DNA of 64,000 nt from Barthelona sp. PCE (GCA_040285745.1 JAUFOR010000003.1:434001-498000), one strand, 5' to 3'. Counted from the first letter of the stretch, positions 30,325 through 41,937 are shown. Numbers and translations are program-made. Notes: generated by a model not told the origin, from the letters alone.

Positions 30325-32253
30325 TTACAATAGATCATCCAGCATATCCTCAAGATCAAAGGGATCACTGGATTTCTTGCCCTTACCGTTATCAGTGCTT
30401 AGTAAATCATCTAAAGGATCAAAATTCTCAGTTTGCTTGTTAGGCTTACCCGATGCGAGAATATCATCCAATCCTTCATTTAACTGCTTTTTAACCGGCA
30501 CAACGTCAGGTTTCGCAGGTTTCTTAGATTCAAAACCACCAAAATCTAAATCATCTAAATCTAAATCATCCAAATCCGTCAAAGAAAAATCTTTCTTCTT
30601 TGGCTTTGTCACTGGTTCAGCAGCAACAACGGGAGGTGTTATTGGGTCAGGATCACCTCCACCAACCAAATCATCAAGTAGATCTAATGTATCCATGTTA
30701 TTCTTATTACCACTAATTAAATAATCATTTTCAGGTTCTTTGGGCTTTGGCATCTCAACAATCTGTGGAGGCACAACCTTCTGTGGCGACACCTCCTTCT
30801 CTACGATTGGCATAATCTCTTCTTCTTCCTCACTATCTACCGTAACTTTAGTATTTGTTGACGTTCTTACGGGTTCTCTGATGGGCTTATGCATCTTGCG
30901 TTTTGATGGAGATCTCTTTGGTGATTTGCTGTTCTCATTTCGTTTGGTTGATCTACTTGTCTCCATACGAATTTTGGAAGGTGATCGTATTAGATCTTTA
31001 TGGTTGTCTGTTTTGGGTCCTCTATAGTGCATAATCTGCTGCCTTGCCGTCTCCAACTCCTTCTCCAGATCTTCAGCAAGTGATTTATAGTGTGATATCT
31101 CTCTTTCCAAGTTACGTTCACCTGATAACCTTGCATTTTGCACAATTTCTACACGCTTTTGCTCCTTATCCAACTGCTTATCCATATGGTTGATCTTATC
31201 ATTAAGATGCTTAATATGTTTGACAAGTTCTGCTGCCTTCTTACCATCACCCTTACTCAGTCGAGAAATTGAAAGCTCCTGTTGTTCGATCTTCTGACGA
31301 TATGCGTTAATTGTGTTTCGCATACTCGCGCACTCACGCGTCATCTTCCTACGCTCCTCTTGCATAACGCGGATTTGTTCCATTGCTTGTGTTGTTTCAA
31401 CACTACCACGTTTCGGTTTGAGTAACTCCTTCTCTTGCTGTCTCATAATTCGCTTGAGAGTCTTTGTCTCAGTGACAAGTTCACTGATTTCTTTGTCTTT
31501 CTCCTTGATAATTGTTTCGTAATCGTTGATTCGTTCGATACTGAACGAATATGAATCGAGCTTGTTGTGCAGGCTCTCGTTCTCCTTCTGGTAGATCTTC
31601 AATTGCTTCAGGACATTGCGCATCTCAGCGTCTTTAATAGATACAGGAGGACGTGAACTTCTGGTCCGACTTGTTCTTGAAGAGTTTCGTCTTGACTTCT
31701 GTCTTTCTGACTTGAGGCGTCTATTAACCGGTTTTGAGGACGGTCTTGACCGCTCCTTCGTTGTCCGTGACCGCCTACTATCGTATATTTTATCACGAGC
31801 TGGTACTGGATCGTCATCAGAAAAATCAAGATCATATTTACGCTTCTGGGGCTCACTACTCTTTAAACTGTTCGTGATCAATACGCTGGGTTCCGGTGAG
31901 ATGGCATGCATGACTGAAGAACGCCTTTCTTCAACATTCATAACTGGAGGGGAAGGCTTCATTGAGTTATTGTTGTTGTTCAGCGAGCCACCCGACGCTG
32001 AGGGTTTAAGGGTGATGGTTGTACGTTTTTCAGATGCCGAGTTAGGTTTAGAACGAACTACCTTTTCTGCGATCGGTTTGCTTTGTTGTGAATGTGAATT
32101 TTCTGTGATAAACCCGCTCACTAGATCGTCTAAAAGATCATCGTCTAGCGTGGTTGACTTTTTTGGAGCCTCATTCGTATTTTTGGAATTTGTTGAAACA
32201 ACAGGTTCGAATGTTTCGAAATCGTCGTCAAAATCAAAGTCGTCAAAGTCCAT
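30325..32253 (-). CDS. Lebercilin-like coiled-coil protein with acidic low-complexity termini
   Basis: Central coiled coil with ELVTETKTLKRIMRQQEKEL, similar to the lebercilin 'ENk.LKrlq.RQEKAL' motif. Confidence 0.5.
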   Translation of the reverse strand: MDFDDFDFDDDFETFEPVVSTNSKNTNEAPKKSTTLDDDLLDDLVSGFITENSHSQQSKPIAEKVVRSKPNSASEKRTTITLKPSASGGSLNNNNNSMKPSPPVMNVEERRSSVMHAISPEPSVLITNSLKSSEPQKRKYDLDFSDDDPVPARDKIYDSRRSRTTKERSRPSSKPVNRRLKSERQKSRRNSSRTSRTRSSRPPVSIKDAEMRNVLKQLKIYQKENESLHNKLDSYSFSIERINDYETIIKEKDKEISELVTETKTLKRIMRQQEKELLKPKRGSVETTQAMEQIRVMQEERRKMTRECASMRNTINAYRQKIEQQELSISRLSKGDGKKAAELVKHIKHLNDKINHMDKQLDKEQKRVEIVQNARLSGERNLEREISHYKSLAEDLEKELETARQQIMHYRGPKTDNHKDLIRSPSKIRMETSRSTKRNENSKSPKRSPSKRKMHKPIREPVRTSTNTKVTVDSEEEEEIMPIVEKEVSPQKVVPPQIVEMPKPKEPENDYLISGNKNNMDTLDLLDDLVGGGDPDPITPPVVAAEPVTKPKKKDFSLTDLDDLDLDDLDFGGFESKKPAKPDVVPVKKQLNEGLDDILASGKPNKQTENFDPLDDLLSTDNGKGKKSSDPFDLEDMLDDLL

Positions 32254-32443
32254 TGAAACCCCTTAACCAAAAAGTTACCAATTGACTGGTGCAAAGTGTA
32301 CAAAAAAATAAAACATCGTTTAGGTCCTGATGTGAGAATTTTAATGTGACTCATCTGTAATAAGTGGTGCATACTTGTCCAGCAGACAATGGGAATATGT
32401 ATAATCGAAGGGATACTATCAAAAAAGAATAGAACTGATAAAT

Positions 32444-34642
32444 TTATTTTTTGTTAGACTTTGCAAGCATCTGAACGGTGCTGCTAATCTTTTCAGACTC
32501 TTCCAATCGTGTTTTAAGTCTTACTATCTCTCGATTAAGATTTTCTACACGGATGTTAAGGTTTCGATTTTGTTCAATAATATCCTTATGTTTTTCTTTC
32601 CATTTCAGATAACGAGACAGGATATTACCAATTAGAAAATCTCTTGAGTGAATGGTTCGAAGGGCTGATTGATGAAAGATTCTCATCTGAACAGAAGTAC
32701 TTTCCCCATCAATAACATCCTCTTCATCCTTGTTACGGATATTACGCAATTGTTCAGTCATTGATGGTTGAATTTCGAACTCATTTTCCTCATGTCCTTG
32801 ACTTTTCAAGAATTTTTCAACCTTTCGCTTTATCTTTGGATTCTTTACGTATTGATTCCCAGGAGATTCTTGGCGAATAGTTGATAAAGTGGGAATAAAA
32901 GTAGTTTGCGGGATCGGTGAAGCACCAAAAATACTGGATGAGCTCGGATTCGAATTGAAACTATGACCACTATTGTTAGCACTACTCCCAGGTAGCGATA
33001 TGATGCCTGCATTACGCTGGGTTGACAACTCCATAACAAGTGAATCATCATGAGAAAAGAAGTTCTGTGGTGAGTGACTGAATGTACCGGGTGAAGTTGG
33101 TGGTGACTGGATGCTAGGTGGATGCAATGACTTCCTGCGCTCGATTATACTTCGTCCAGTGAGACTATTGGATCGAGAACGTTCTAGATCTCGATCAATA
33201 GGTTTTAATCCGCCTTTATCTTCAATGACACTGCAAAATTGTACACCAATATCAAGTTTTTCAACTGGTTTCCTGCTCTCCTTCTCACAGACTGGCAGTT
33301 CTTGTTTGGGACTTAACGGCTTTAATCTGTTTGCAATAGTCTCGCTTTTGCGTATGTTTGCAAACATATCGGTAAATCTTTCCTCCATAATTTTGTAGTT
33401 TTGCAATAGATCCTTATTAGTACGTTGTATAGCCTTCATCTTTTCTTTGAGTACGGTATTTTCATCATGAAACTTCTTGCTTTCAACCATGAGTGTGTTT
33501 CTATCTTTGATGTAGCTGATGTGGCAGCTCGGTGGGATATACTTATCGTTTAATCCTTCAAGGAAGTTGACAATCATACTGACACTGAATCGCACATGTT
33601 TTGACTGCTTCTTACCCTTTGACAAACCAAAACTATCGAAGCAAACAAAAAGCTCGTTGTTCAGATACTGTACTGGGTTAAGAATACCAGGGTGTAACTT
33701 TGAATTGTTGAGAAGATCATAGAAACAGTTGAGATTTTCCTTGATTGTGAAATGATCGTTCTGTCTACTCTGCTGCATTGAAGTTTGGAAGTTATGGAGG
33801 AACTTGAGTACCTTTAATGGATAACAACCGTAAAAGAAAACAAAAAATTTGTTTAACAAACTTCTTGAAAAATTTCTCTTTAGCAAAATTTCTAAAATCC
33901 TGAACAAAAAGTCGTTGTTCGGGTCATTATTAACGTTATATTCGTGTATTTGAAATAAATAATGTAATAATAAATCATATAATAAATTTAAAACTTTTTC
34001 AAAAAACGTTATGTTGATTCGATTAAATGATTCAAAAATGTTATCATTCGTAAAGAAAAAAAGTACTATTCTCATTGGTATTGTATATGTTATATCCTGA
34101 AGCATTAGATAGTAAAACTTTAAAATATTTTCTCGTAATGTTATGACGCGAGATGCACTACTGATTTCAAACCAGGAGTCAAATAGGATCTGAATCACGT
34201 TCTTTGAGATTTGCCCTTCGCATAAAAGTGGAATAAATCGCTCGAAAACTTCACTTACAATAGAACCTTGGAGGAACAACTGCAATACGTTCTCGAACAC
34301 CTCTGGTTGGTACTTGGCATAGTCTATGCACAAGTCTACTGTTAGTTTGCGGATGACAACGTTCTTTCTTGCTATAAAGATGAGTAATGCTCTACGCCAT
34401 GCGTCAAATTCGGTGTGTAATCCAATTGCGTCTACCATATCTCGAAGATATTGTAGAACGCATAAAAGAATGTTATCTGATGATGTGTCATCTATAATAG
34501 CGCAACAACTTTGGAAAAAGCTTCGATAAAGTTCCTTGTCTTGTTTACCCACCCCACTGACGAGAGAAGAGTCATATGTTGGCTCCTGTGCTACCAATTT
34601 CTTATTTATGGAGTTGATTAAGGCTGTATGTCTTGAATTCAT
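32444..34642 (-). CDS. TSC1: Hamartin-like protein
   Basis: Helical N-domain with FYGCYPLKVLKFL and KLHPGIL (compare hamartin LYGMYPCNF.SFL and RIHP.L), then a Ser-rich linker and coiled coils. Confidence 0.6.
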   Translation of the reverse strand: MNSRHTALINSINKKLVAQEPTYDSSLVSGVGKQDKELYRSFFQSCCAIIDDTSSDNILLCVLQYLRDMVDAIGLHTEFDAWRRALLIFIARKNVVIRKLTVDLCIDYAKYQPEVFENVLQLFLQGSIVSEVFERFIPLLCEGQISKNVIQILFDSWFEISSASRVITLRENILKFYYLMLQDITYTIPMRIVLFFFTNDNIFESFNRINITFFEKVLNLLYDLLLHYLFQIHEYNVNNDPNNDFLFRILEILLKRNFSRSLLNKFFVFFYGCYPLKVLKFLHNFQTSMQQSRQNDHFTIKENLNCFYDLLNNSKLHPGILNPVQYLNNELFVCFDSFGLSKGKKQSKHVRFSVSMIVNFLEGLNDKYIPPSCHISYIKDRNTLMVESKKFHDENTVLKEKMKAIQRTNKDLLQNYKIMEERFTDMFANIRKSETIANRLKPLSPKQELPVCEKESRKPVEKLDIGVQFCSVIEDKGGLKPIDRDLERSRSNSLTGRSIIERRKSLHPPSIQSPPTSPGTFSHSPQNFFSHDDSLVMELSTQRNAGIISLPGSSANNSGHSFNSNPSSSSIFGASPIPQTTFIPTLSTIRQESPGNQYVKNPKIKRKVEKFLKSQGHEENEFEIQPSMTEQLRNIRNKDEEDVIDGESTSVQMRIFHQSALRTIHSRDFLIGNILSRYLKWKEKHKDIIEQNRNLNIRVENLNREIVRLKTRLEESEKISSTVQMLAKSNKK

Positions 34643-35885
34643 GAAATGCGATGTTTAGTGTGAAAAATGATTACTTGTTCATTGGTGCGATACGGTGTAA
34701 AATTGATAACTGGCCACTTCTAGATGGAAATAGATATGTGTGACTTGAAATTGGGTTAATAACTTATAAACGTTTTATTGTTGTTTTTCTTTTGTAAAAA
34801 GGGATTACTGAGGAGAATTAACGTCACTTAAAGGATTTAAAGGGTGTGTTTATAGTATTGGTGTTTTAACAAAAATTTCGGTATTTTCAAAGGTTTATGG
34901 CTCAATATTTACCATTTGAGGTTTATGTAGACTTGATATTGCATTGTACTGTAATATTTTAATATTTTTGATAATACTGTACATGTCTGATTCTTTCCTC
35001 TTTAGCTTCTGTAAAAACGTAAAATTGATTTGCAAATGCATGATGCGGTGTATTGCAACCGATCCTCAAGATCCCAGATTGATGAACAATTAGAGAATGG
35101 AACACGAAGCAGGGTTGAATTTGCTTAGTTCACTTATATCAAGGTTTCCTATTTTCTTTTGTATATTTTATACCTATTTATTAGTATCGAGAGTCGGATT
35201 TGTGGACTTCCGCACACCGACCTCGGTGACCCCTTCGTGGCACCATACCCAAACTTAGATCTCTGTAAATCATCAAAGTTTCAGGCTTTACTACCGCTGC
35301 ATCTAAGGGAAGGAACTATGGTGAATCAAAAGAATAATTGAAGAATCTCAGTTGTTGAAGGTTAAATAAAATATGTATCATTTTGACACTACAGCAATAA
35401 TTTTTAACTAACTTACATGTAAAAAAGCGTATTGATTAGAAAACAGATTTCCGATGGTAGTGCACGTAAGGAGAAACCAAACATGTGAGCTTCTACATAG
35501 TGCGTTTTAGTAACCATAAGGTTGACTGTGAATGTTAATATAAACTAATTCTCTGTACTTGATGAGAAAAAACTTCATGATTTTTCTCTATGCTTCAACA
35601 AAAAAGAACAAAGAAGCGTATTTCAACAGTGTGCAGTCACACTTGCTCATAAAAATTGCATCAGATACCCAAACAATAAGCCAATGGCTGAAATTCACCA
35701 ACTTTTTTCTTAGCGCAGTTAAAACTTTCAACACATATACAAAAATTTTGGATTCTAAAGAGGGAGCGCAATGCAATCTTAAGGCCTTATCAACGATCAT
35801 AAAGCTTCAATAACATGTTCTTTGTTTTGAATTTTTTATCCTTTTCACAAGCATTTTGTAACGTAGTTGGGGTTAAAAAGTAATA

Positions 35886-38800
35886 ATGACCGATCCACAC
35901 ACACAAGGCATGGCGATAGAATCGCAAGACCAGCACACAACACAATTTCCCACTGTAACTTCTCAATTACAACGGGTAAATCTTACAGACAACGAAGGAC
36001 GCTTCATGGTCGATCCGTCGAAGGTTATGAAGCCTGGCATCCACACGTTTGAGTCACTGCGGTCTCTTCACCATAAGAAGGAAAAGCAACGCACTGAACG
36101 TGAGTATCAGAAGGCATGTACGTCTATTGACAACATGCGTAAGATCCTGGAGTCCGAGCGCGTGTATTGGAAGGAACTTATTGAGAATTCTCGACTGGAG
36201 ATGAGAGAGCTCATCACTTCGCGCATGGGTTTTGTTAACGTGGGCAAGATGGACGATACAACAACACAGCTCATCGAGAGAAACACACACCTTGAGACGG
36301 AGGTGGCGGAACAACGCGCTATTGTAAGCGAGTTCAAGAAGCAGTTGCTTAACAAAGAAATGGACATGGTCGATATGCGCCGTTTACTTGACAGGCAGGA
36401 GACCCGTATCCGCATGAAGCAGGACCCAGAAGTGTTCAAACAGCTTGACGATGTGATGCGTGAGAACGAAGTTCTGAAGAAGGAGAACGCTGCGTTGCTG
36501 AAGGATATGAGTCTTGCTACGAATATCGTTGAGGAGTACAAAAAGGAAAACTCCATGAGCACAGAAGCGAAGCAGGAGGTTTCACGTATGAAACAGCAGT
36601 TTGGTGAGATGAGGACTTTTGTTGAACGCAACAAGAATCTTGTTGAAGAGCTGACAGCTGAACTCAATGAAAAGGACGAGGAGCTGCTTGCAATGAAACA
36701 ATTGTACAGACAAGCGCAAGAGACTAACCACCAGCTTGATTTGGTCAACGAGGATCTTAAGGAAGACAATGAAGCTATTGAGGAGAACTACAAGGAGATC
36801 CGCAAGGAGCACTTTGAGCTGCTAAAGCAACACAATAGGAACAAGAGCCTCGTTGGAGATAAGGATGATCAGATCAACGCTCTGAAATCCAATTTGATAC
36901 AGGCGAATAGCGAGGTGCAGCGCATGCGTAGCATTGCCACTGAACGCGTTCCCGTCAAGAGCGTTCCTATTAAGTTGGAGAGCGACAAAAGCGAGGAGAC
37001 CATCGTTGCACTTGAAGATGAGCTCAAGACCGCAAGGGCAGAGCTCGTTAAGATGGAGTCGGATAATGAGGAGCGTATTCAGGGCATTGCGACTGAGATG
37101 GATAAATTAGCAACGCTGTTAGAGTCTAAGGATGATGAGATGGAAAAGATGGAGAAGGATCACCGAATCCAGTTGGCAAAGAAGGTGCAGGTACAGGACC
37201 GTTTGACCAAGCAAATGTCCAAGCTCAAGGCAACCATTAAGAAGCTATCAATGCGCCTGCAGCAGGTTAAGAACAACAACAACCAGTTGCAAAGCGAGAT
37301 GGAGACAATGTCGATGACGATGGTAGAAACCGCTGATGAGGAAGTGCAAACAGAGCCAGTAGACTTCAGGGCTGACGTTACGACTGAGGAGATCGGTGTT
37401 ACAGCTGCAGTTGAAGTTGCTGATAAGAATGAATCGAACGTGAGGGACTACGTAACACGCGGTGTAGGTGAAAGCAATGAGCTTAAAATCCAGGGTGTCC
37501 AAGCAGATTTTGATGATATCCTTGAAGAACTTGAGACCAGCGAACCAATTCGCAGACATGATTCTAACTTCCATCTCATTAATAGAGGAACAGCGCTTTC
37601 GTCTCTTGCACCTCAGGACTTGCGACTCATCCACGAGAACCCGTCGCTATCGTTACGTCTGAACCGTCTTGAAGATATTATTGATAAGGAAGAGGAGAAC
37701 GTACGTGAACGTACGAACCTTGTGAAGGAGGCCGAGCTTGAGCTCAAGCGTCTTGATAAGGAGCGTACCTTACAGAAAGAGGAGATCAACGAACTGAACA
37801 AGCGCATAAGTGAGCTTATTGAGGAGAAACAGCGCGAAAACCTTGTGTTAGACGAGATTAAGAGTGAAAAGAAGGTCAATGAACAGAGCATGAACGAGTT
37901 TAAGATTCAAAAAGCTTCTTTGCAGCGTGACATTGAGTCCTCCATGGTTGAACACTCACGTTTGAAGTCTGCAGTCGATAACATCGGTCTTGAAGCAGTG
38001 GGTCTACTCATGGCGAAAAAGAACGGTCAGATAGGATTGCTTGATGAGCAGATCAAATCTAAGAACTCAATAATTCAGGAACTCGAGCGCCATGCCGAGG
38101 AGAAACGGGAGATGATCAAACAGCGTTATGATGACAGAGAAAACATGTTTTCACAGCGCATCAGCGAGCTGGAGGATAAGAAGGACGATCTCGAAAGTGA
38201 TTTGGGTATTATGCGTGTCGAAAAGGCTCGATTAAAGACAGAAATCAGTGTTATGCATGATGACATTCAGCGCATGACCGATGATCTTTCAGCTCTGCGT
38301 CGTGCAGAACGTGAGCTTGTCACCAAGATGGAGAGCGTGCCCACCATGCCAACTCATGATGTTGCCGCACCACCAGTCACTTTCAACCGTGAAACACAAT
38401 ACACATTCGTTAAGGATGTGAAGGAGACTGAAATGCAAACAGATATTGTCTCAGCACCACCACAAGCACCGGATGAGACCGTGCAGGCATCAAATGAGAG
38501 AGAACTGATCATGAAATATATGGATATAGTCAAGAAGATGAAGCTTTTGTTGAAGGATCGCGACAGTAAGTTAAAGTTGCTTCAAGCTGAGCTGAACCGT
38601 TTGGTACCAATGATGTCCACACTGCACCATCGTATTTCACATTCTGACAACCAGGCAAGTCACATCACCTCTGTCGTGCGTCATCTCAAGCGTAGTTTTG
38701 ATATCAATTGTGATGAAACAGCTCTCATCCTTAAGGAAATGGCAACCAAGAACGCAGGTCTAAGTGTATCAATGGAGCAGACAAAGGACAGTGATCTGAT

Positions 38801-39254
38801 GAAGCGTCAAGAACGCTTGTTGCACCGTATTCGAGTTCTTATTGAGGAGAAAAAGCAAATGACGGAAAATGTTGAAAGACTGGAAACAGAGTTAATGATG
38901 CAGGAGAAGAGGTTTGCTGAGTTAAAACCAGCAGATCTGGATATCTCAATTGAAGAAGTTCTTGAGCTGAAACGTCAGTTACATCAGGTATCAAATGCAC
39001 TCACACGTAGTGAGAAAGTGAGGCAACAAAGTGTTAAGTTGTGCAGACAGAAAGATATTGAGATTAAGCGGTTACGTCAGTTTACACCCTCCACACCGCT
39101 CTCGATGACTGATGATATTACTACACCACTCACAAATTATCAGCCTGACTCCCCAATGATTGGTTCTGGAACAGCACGCGAACCTCGTGTTTCAACCATT
39201 ACAACAGCTAGAAAAATACCTTCGACCTTTTATAAACGCAGTGTGCGTCTCTGA
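35886..39254 (+). CDS. Large coiled-coil protein (1122 aa), possibly centriolar or cytoskeletal
   Basis: Long clean ORF with continuous heptads and short 'E.QT.' repeats. No specific family recognised. Confidence 0.8.
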   Translation: MTDPHTQGMAIESQDQHTTQFPTVTSQLQRVNLTDNEGRFMVDPSKVMKPGIHTFESLRSLHHKKEKQRTEREYQKACTSIDNMRKILESERVYWKELIENSRLEMRELITSRMGFVNVGKMDDTTTQLIERNTHLETEVAEQRAIVSEFKKQLLNKEMDMVDMRRLLDRQETRIRMKQDPEVFKQLDDVMRENEVLKKENAALLKDMSLATNIVEEYKKENSMSTEAKQEVSRMKQQFGEMRTFVERNKNLVEELTAELNEKDEELLAMKQLYRQAQETNHQLDLVNEDLKEDNEAIEENYKEIRKEHFELLKQHNRNKSLVGDKDDQINALKSNLIQANSEVQRMRSIATERVPVKSVPIKLESDKSEETIVALEDELKTARAELVKMESDNEERIQGIATEMDKLATLLESKDDEMEKMEKDHRIQLAKKVQVQDRLTKQMSKLKATIKKLSMRLQQVKNNNNQLQSEMETMSMTMVETADEEVQTEPVDFRADVTTEEIGVTAAVEVADKNESNVRDYVTRGVGESNELKIQGVQADFDDILEELETSEPIRRHDSNFHLINRGTALSSLAPQDLRLIHENPSLSLRLNRLEDIIDKEEENVRERTNLVKEAELELKRLDKERTLQKEEINELNKRISELIEEKQRENLVLDEIKSEKKVNEQSMNEFKIQKASLQRDIESSMVEHSRLKSAVDNIGLEAVGLLMAKKNGQIGLLDEQIKSKNSIIQELERHAEEKREMIKQRYDDRENMFSQRISELEDKKDDLESDLGIMRVEKARLKTEISVMHDDIQRMTDDLSALRRAERELVTKMESVPTMPTHDVAAPPVTFNRETQYTFVKDVKETEMQTDIVSAPPQAPDETVQASNERELIMKYMDIVKKMKLLLKDRDSKLKLLQAELNRLVPMMSTLHHRISHSDNQASHITSVVRHLKRSFDINCDETALILKEMATKNAGLSVSMEQTKDSDLMKRQERLLHRIRVLIEEKKQMTENVERLETELMMQEKRFAELKPADLDISIEEVLELKRQLHQVSNALTRSEKVRQQSVKLCRQKDIEIKRLRQFTPSTPLSMTDDITTPLTNYQPDSPMIGSGTAREPRVSTITTARKIPSTFYKRSVRL

Positions 39255-39294
39255 GTAAAGTAAGTAAGAAAAAATAAATCAATGAATTTACACT

Positions 39295-41937
39295 TTACAG
39301 ATCGAGTAATTGTTGAGCATCGGGAATACGGGTAAGACTCTTATGAACGTCTGTAAGCGTGACGCGATACTCCTGGTTGAGTAACTCTATCACAGATTCC
39401 TTACCTGAAAGCAACGATACACTACGGCGCAACATACCTCTGGCTCTTTGTGCCTTGGCCTCCTGCTGCTGGATTTCCATGTTGATGTTGTGAAGACGGT
39501 GCTCAGCGCTCTTGATGGTCTCGTTCAGCTGTTCAGTTTGTGTGCTTAACTGAATCTTTGTCTCGTCCTGGAAGGCAAGTTCATGAGAAAGCTCTTGCTT
39601 TGTACGGGATAACTCTGTGAGCCTATTCTCAAGACGCTCAATCTCCTGACGCAAGGCTTCTTCTGTTGACTTTTCGACATCAGTGGCCGTCTTCAGAGCA
39701 TTATTTGAATCTCTAATTGATTGTAAGATTTTCTCACCCTCCATGATTTGTTGAGTGAGAGTAAGAATACGCTCATGATACTCGTCACCTTGGACCTGCA
39801 GCTTTTGACGTTCAGCAGCATGCTCAAAGACTTCGACATTCTTCGACAGTTTGGATTCTTCAGTAGCGAATTTCTCTTCGAGTGTGCGTGCTCTCTTCTT
39901 CAGATCGCTGCAGTCAAGCGACTTGGCCTGAATGGACACATTCATAAGCTTAATCTGCTCCTTCTGATGACCCAAATGAGACAAAATTTGAATTCTCTTC
40001 TCACTAATGATTAATTCCAGCTCGTTAATACGGTTCTTCAGGTCAAAGATGATGGAGTTCGTCTCCTCCACCTCCTCCTGGAGCTGATTGATCTTTAGCG
40101 CTGTGCTGTCACGCTGAATCAGAAGATTCTCAACTTCACTCTTGATCTTCTTCATATCGCTAGTGATAAATTTAATCTGTAGCTCTGTGTTGTTCCTGAT
40201 ACCCTCAAGCTTCTCAATCTCAATCTCACGCATGGACAGTGTCTTCTTGGATGACTGAACTTCGTCAACAACCTTGTTGAGTTGTTGTTTAAGGAACTTG
40301 TTCTTTTTGTTCAGATCTGCGTGTTCGTTTGACAGTTCCGCAATCACGGCATTGAGCTTCTCTCGCTCTTCACGAGAACGCACACCACGTGCTCGTGCAA
40401 TTTTTCTTTGCAAACTGGCAATCTGGAATTCGTATTGATATAAAAGCTCCTCTTGCTTGTTGCTCTGCTGTTCAAGTGATGTGATTTGGTCCTCAATGTT
40501 CTGACGCTGGATCTCACTACTCGAAACCAAGTTCTCAAGGCGCTCGCTCTCCTGTTTCAATGCGAATAAGTCTGAGCTCTTTGTGAATAACTTCTTGGAA
40601 AGAGCTTCACGTGATTTAATGAGCTGATTCAACTGTACTTCCTTTGCAACAAGCTCATCATTAAGCTTACTGGCTTCAGCATCACTCATCTGATTTTCGT
40701 TCTTCATCTTGTACAAAATTTCGTTCTTTTCCTTCAACTTCTGCTCCTGCTTCTCGCTACTCTTCTGAACATTGGTAATGTTAGATTCAAGGACTTGCAG
40801 AGAACCCATTATATCAGAAAGAGCTTTATCGATAGACAACTCTCCGTTCTTTAGAACACCAAGATAATGCTTCAGATCGTCAACATCTGTCTTGATATTC
40901 TGTAATTGAATAGAATCGTTTGCCTTCTGTGTCATGGCATGTTCGATTTTCTTATCAATCTTCAACAAAGCCTTGCGCTCAGTCTCCAAAATCTTCAGTC
41001 GTCCTTCAAGGAAGCGCTTCTTCTCCATCAAGGTGTTCTTGTTCTCCAAGAACAGATCACGACGGTTACCAATCTGAGCATCAAGATTCACGATCTTTTC
41101 AACAACGTCCTTCCATGCAGCCAGCGTCTTCAGGCGCTCATCGTACAGGTTCTTGAATTGTTGGGTGAGAGCTGCAATCTCTTGTTCTTTAATTCTACTC
41201 AAGCTCACTTCCTCTTTAATCTTCTTGTCGACTTCGACGATTGCCTCCAAAAGCTTGGAAATGCGCATCATATGGTCGCGGGCTACACCGGAATCACGCT
41301 TTAGATTGGCATTCAACTGTGTCACATCAGAGATTTTAATCTGGAAAAGGTTAAAGTATCTCTCCAAGTTATTCTCTGCTCCAATGATTTCTCCCTTAGC
41401 TTTCACTAACATATCCTCCTGCTTCGTTCTGTATTCGCTGAGGTTAACAGCCCTATTCTCTTCGTCTTCAATGGAACGATGGTAACGCTTAATGTCATCC
41501 TTAAGTTTAGCCTCATTTCTCTGTAAAATAGCTTTACGGTCGCTGATGTTCTGGAGTGTGGATGTTTCTTCAGCCATGATATTCTGTAACGTGTCTATTT
41601 CTTGAGAAACATCTTTTTGATGGCGCTTCAAGTTTGAGAGACGCTCTTGACGCTCTTCAATGAGTGCGTCCGTGTTTGAGACTTCTTGGTTCAAACTGTT
41701 CAGCTAAATATTAGAATTTGCAAAGAAAAAAATGATTAATCATACCATATCCTGCAGGTTCTTCACGTCTTGGCTTACCCATGAAGGGAGTGTTGATGCT
41801 GGTTTCTCACCGAAATGAGCGGTTAAAGCCATGGATGGCTCGTTATCCTCAACGTACTCCACTTCCTCTTCGGATTCCTCTTTAAAAGGTTGATCAATAG
41901 GCTCTTCCAACCCCGAGTGCTCCTCTGAACTGTCCAT
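39295..41937 (-). CDS. CCDC39: CCDC39/FAP59 axonemal 96-nm ruler, two exons (41937-41746, 41703-39295)
   Basis: ERLKTLAAWKDVV and QEELLYQYEFQIASLQRKIARARG match CCDC39. The 64-codon first exon joins in frame across a 42-nt intron. Confidence 0.85.
41704..41745 (-). other. 42-nt spliceosomal intron
   Basis: GTATGA...TTCTAATATTTAG on the minus strand. It contains an in-frame stop, and its removal fuses the two ORFs. Confidence 0.88.

Noticed and set aside
35187-35325. Minus-strand GTAGTA and ACAGAGA words suggesting U2 or U6 snRNA
   Set aside because: The U6 AGC triad/ISL context, U2 stem I with GCU and a canonical Sm site are all missing. Kept only as an unassigned structured element.
35559-35813. 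84-aa plus-strand ORF and overlapping 70-aa minus-strand ORF
   Set aside because: Both are short with no motifs and cannot be distinguished from chance.
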